DNA of 64,000 nt from Cenococcum geophilum (taxonomy: Eukaryota). The first letter of the stretch is position 1; every line of letters begins with the position of its first letter. The notes under the pieces were generated by a model that saw only the letters and a program-made list of their open reading frames with translations, made no database searches and was not told where the DNA came from. Below, piece after piece: positions 61,597 to 64,000 of the stretch. The translations under genes were made by a program, and so were the position numbers. The stretch covers positions 6,510,001-6,574,000 of the forward strand of contig CP158636.1 in NCBI GenBank assembly GCA_050273025.1. The letters are read 5' to 3'.

Positions 61597-62449
61597 TATG
61601 GTAGTAGTATAGAGGCGTGCTGTTGCAACATGTAGGTACAGGCTAGGAAAGTAGCCAAAGACGGTAAAAATGTAACAGTCTTATAGCTTCTAAGACAATT
61701 AAGCAATTAAAAAGTGTTTAAGTAATCCTATGAAAGGGGTACAGAACAAAGATGCGATGGGATCAGAGAGGTCATTAGTGGTGTTTTAAAGAGCAATGAA
61801 CACCAAAATATTACGATACCGGCTAGAGCGCGCCGGGCCCGTTTTGACGAGCTCGGTGGAACAGGTCAATGAGTCGAGTCTATGATTCACAGGCGCGGCA
61901 GATCATGGTCGGTGGAGGATGCGGCATCTAGTTGTCTGAAGACGGACAGGAAACGCATTTACACAGAGCACGGAGCATATTTACGAAATAACGTAGGTAA
62001 CAAGTAATAATACCGCGTTCTCGATGCCGAATCAGGAAACCGCAGGAATGTTAGCAGATTTTGGAATGGACCCATCCGCCAATCAGCGGCACCTCTCAGG
62101 CCGGTCGTGCCTGAATTAGAAAAGTTACAAACGCGAAATTATTTTATAAAAAACTTCGGTAAGTTAGCCGAGCCCGGCGCCATGCTCCTTACTAAGCCTC
62201 TGACCTTTGCGCCAAGAAATGAGTCATTTTGGCTCATAATGAGAGTAGATGAGTATATTATGAGAACAACGAGACCTACAATGAGGCGAAGCAGATATCC
62301 TATGAGAGAAAATATATCTTTTGCGAGAGGAATCAAATCAACCATAACAAGAATTAGGTGTATGATGAGAAGAATTGGAGGCGGTAGAACTCACTCTGAT
62401 TAATTAGTCGCTAGCGATAGTAGTCGTCCTTTATTAGACAAGCTCGCTA

Positions 62450-64000
62450 GAATTGATAACATGCGGAACGTTGGTCCCCCAACGCAAATTTTGACCCGAG
62501 TTTATAACCCAAAGCTTTAACTTAGAGCTTTATTATATAGACTTTAATTAATATATATAGAGATGAGGTTTTCCAGGGGGAGACCCCCTGGGACCCCCCT
62601 ATATAGAGCTTTTGCTTAATTTAGAAGTAGTAGTAAGATTAAGGCGCCTTGGTTACCACTAGGTAAGGATCTACTGCAGTAACCAAGGCACCCTACTTGA
62701 GCTAGGCTTAAAGATTATATTGGTCACGAATATAGCACATATTTAGACTGCAGAGCTTTAATACAGAGCCCTCTACGTAGGATATAATATAGTAGATTGT
62801 GATTCTAATTTAAAGCTTTATATACTAAATATTTTTAATACCTAATAACTATTAACCATATTATTGCCCACTTAGTTCGGACGTATAATAACGTAATAGC
62901 TTGGCGATAATGTAATAGCTCGGCGCCGAGTAATAGGAGGGGGGAGGAGGGGGAGGAGATTGGGGGTGGCTCGGCCACTGTAAGAAGGTTGTGATATTAG
63001 TATAGTATTAAACTTTAAAAATTGTGTCCTAGGAGCTTAATTAACGACCCCTATATAAAACGTTAACAACGTTTAATTATAGAGCTTTAAACCGGTAGAT
63101 CTTTTAGGAATACCTATTATAAGTAGCTCCAAGTATAAAATTTAGAATATTTAGTAGTGGTGTAAGTATGGGACGGGGGTATATATTTGCGTTCCTAAAT
63201 ATTATTATATAACGCAATTTTTAGGTAATAAAAACCGCCGTTAACGTTGCTTAACTAATACCTACTAGAGGTTCCTCTGTCTTTCCTATCTCCTCTCTTA
63301 CCTGTCTCCTTATTAGATACTATCTATATCACTATATCAACTAATAGATCCCTTAGTGGGGACTAGGGAGGGGTATTAGAGCACCTCTTGTAAGGAAGAA
63401 AAAAGAAGAAGAGAGGAAGGTATAAAGAAGGGAGTATTTATAGACGGGAGGAAGCCTATAAACGGGAGATTAGGTAGCTATAATATAGACATTAATATTG
63501 CTCGGCTAATACCTACTAGACGCCCCTCCGTCCTTCCTATCTCCTCTCTTACCTATCTCCTTATTAGATGCTATCTATATTACCACGTTAACTAATAAAT
63601 CCCTTAGTAAGGACTGGGGAGGGGTATTAGAGCACCTCTTATAAGGAAAAAGAAAGAAGAAGAGAGGAAGGTATAGAGGAGGGAGTATTTATAGACGGGA
63701 GGAGGCCTGCGAATAGGAGATTAGGCAGCTATAATATAGACATTAATATTGCTCAGCTAACACCTACTAGACGCCCCTCTGTTCTTCTTATCTCCTCTCT
63801 TACCTATCTCCTTGTTAGATGCTATCTATATCACTACGTCAACTAATAGATCCCTTAGTGGGGACTGGGGAGGAGTATTAGAGCACCTCTAGCTCTTATA
63901 AGGAAAAAGAAAAGAAAAGAGGAAGGTATAAAGAAGGGAGTATTTATAGACGGGAGGAGGCCCTATAAGTATGTAATTTGGTAAGTACTAATAAGCACGA
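62450..64000. mobile_element. Unclassified RIP-mutated repeat element running off the window
   Basis: Abrupt switch to TpA-rich sequence, a GGGGGAGACCCCC/GGACCCCC hairpin-like motif at ~62575, an inverted CCTTGGTTAC...GTAACCAAGG at ~62647-62690, and an internal tandem array. Confidence 0.55.
63240..63965 (+). repeat. Tandem repeat with a 251-bp unit, about 3 copies
   Basis: CCTACTAGA anchor at 63261, 63512 and 63763; copies differ mainly by C/T and G/A transitions. Confidence 0.92.

Noticed and set aside
63240..63965. CRISPR-like array
   Set aside because: The units are 251-bp contiguous tandem copies with no unique spacers, the context is eukaryotic and there are no cas genes.
1..64000. 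Starship giant transposon
   Set aside because: No DUF3435 tyrosine-recombinase captain was recognised, and SMC2 and SEC27 indicate core chromosome.

Overview
This window is filamentous ascomycete (Pezizomycotina) genomic DNA with GT-AG introns, CTRAC/CTAAT branch sites and strong RIP (CpA->TpA) mutation of repeats. Bases 1-22.8 kb are an AT-rich, RIP-degraded nest of transposons. A pogo/Fot1 DNA transposon is interrupted by Gypsy element B, which carries a solo LTR and is abutted by Gypsy element A. Gypsy A is itself interrupted by a Tad1-like LINE and by a full-length GalEa-type Copia, and target-site duplications (TSDs) are visible for the LINE, Copia and solo LTR. After removing the Copia insertion, Gypsy A carries a spliced antisense gene between pol and the 3' LTR whose de-RIPped product has a Zn(II)2Cys6-like Cys pattern; this is the most novel signal found. 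Bases 22.8-62.4 kb are gene-rich: a sugar-porter MFS gene, a HeLo-like/helical/ankyrin gene without a NACHT domain bracketed by two inverted copies of one MITE family, condensin SMC2, an OPT peptide transporter, two pseudogenes (Ser/Thr-rich cell-wall protein; stand-alone RNase H), several MITEs, coatomer beta' (SEC27), a RIPped Tc1-like transposon, a secreted Tyr-rich 42-aa tandem-repeat protein, a GH78-like glycosidase and a DHA2 efflux pump. Bases 62.4-64 kb start another RIPped repeat containing a 251-bp tandem array. All family assignments come from motif recognition by eye; no database searches were run.
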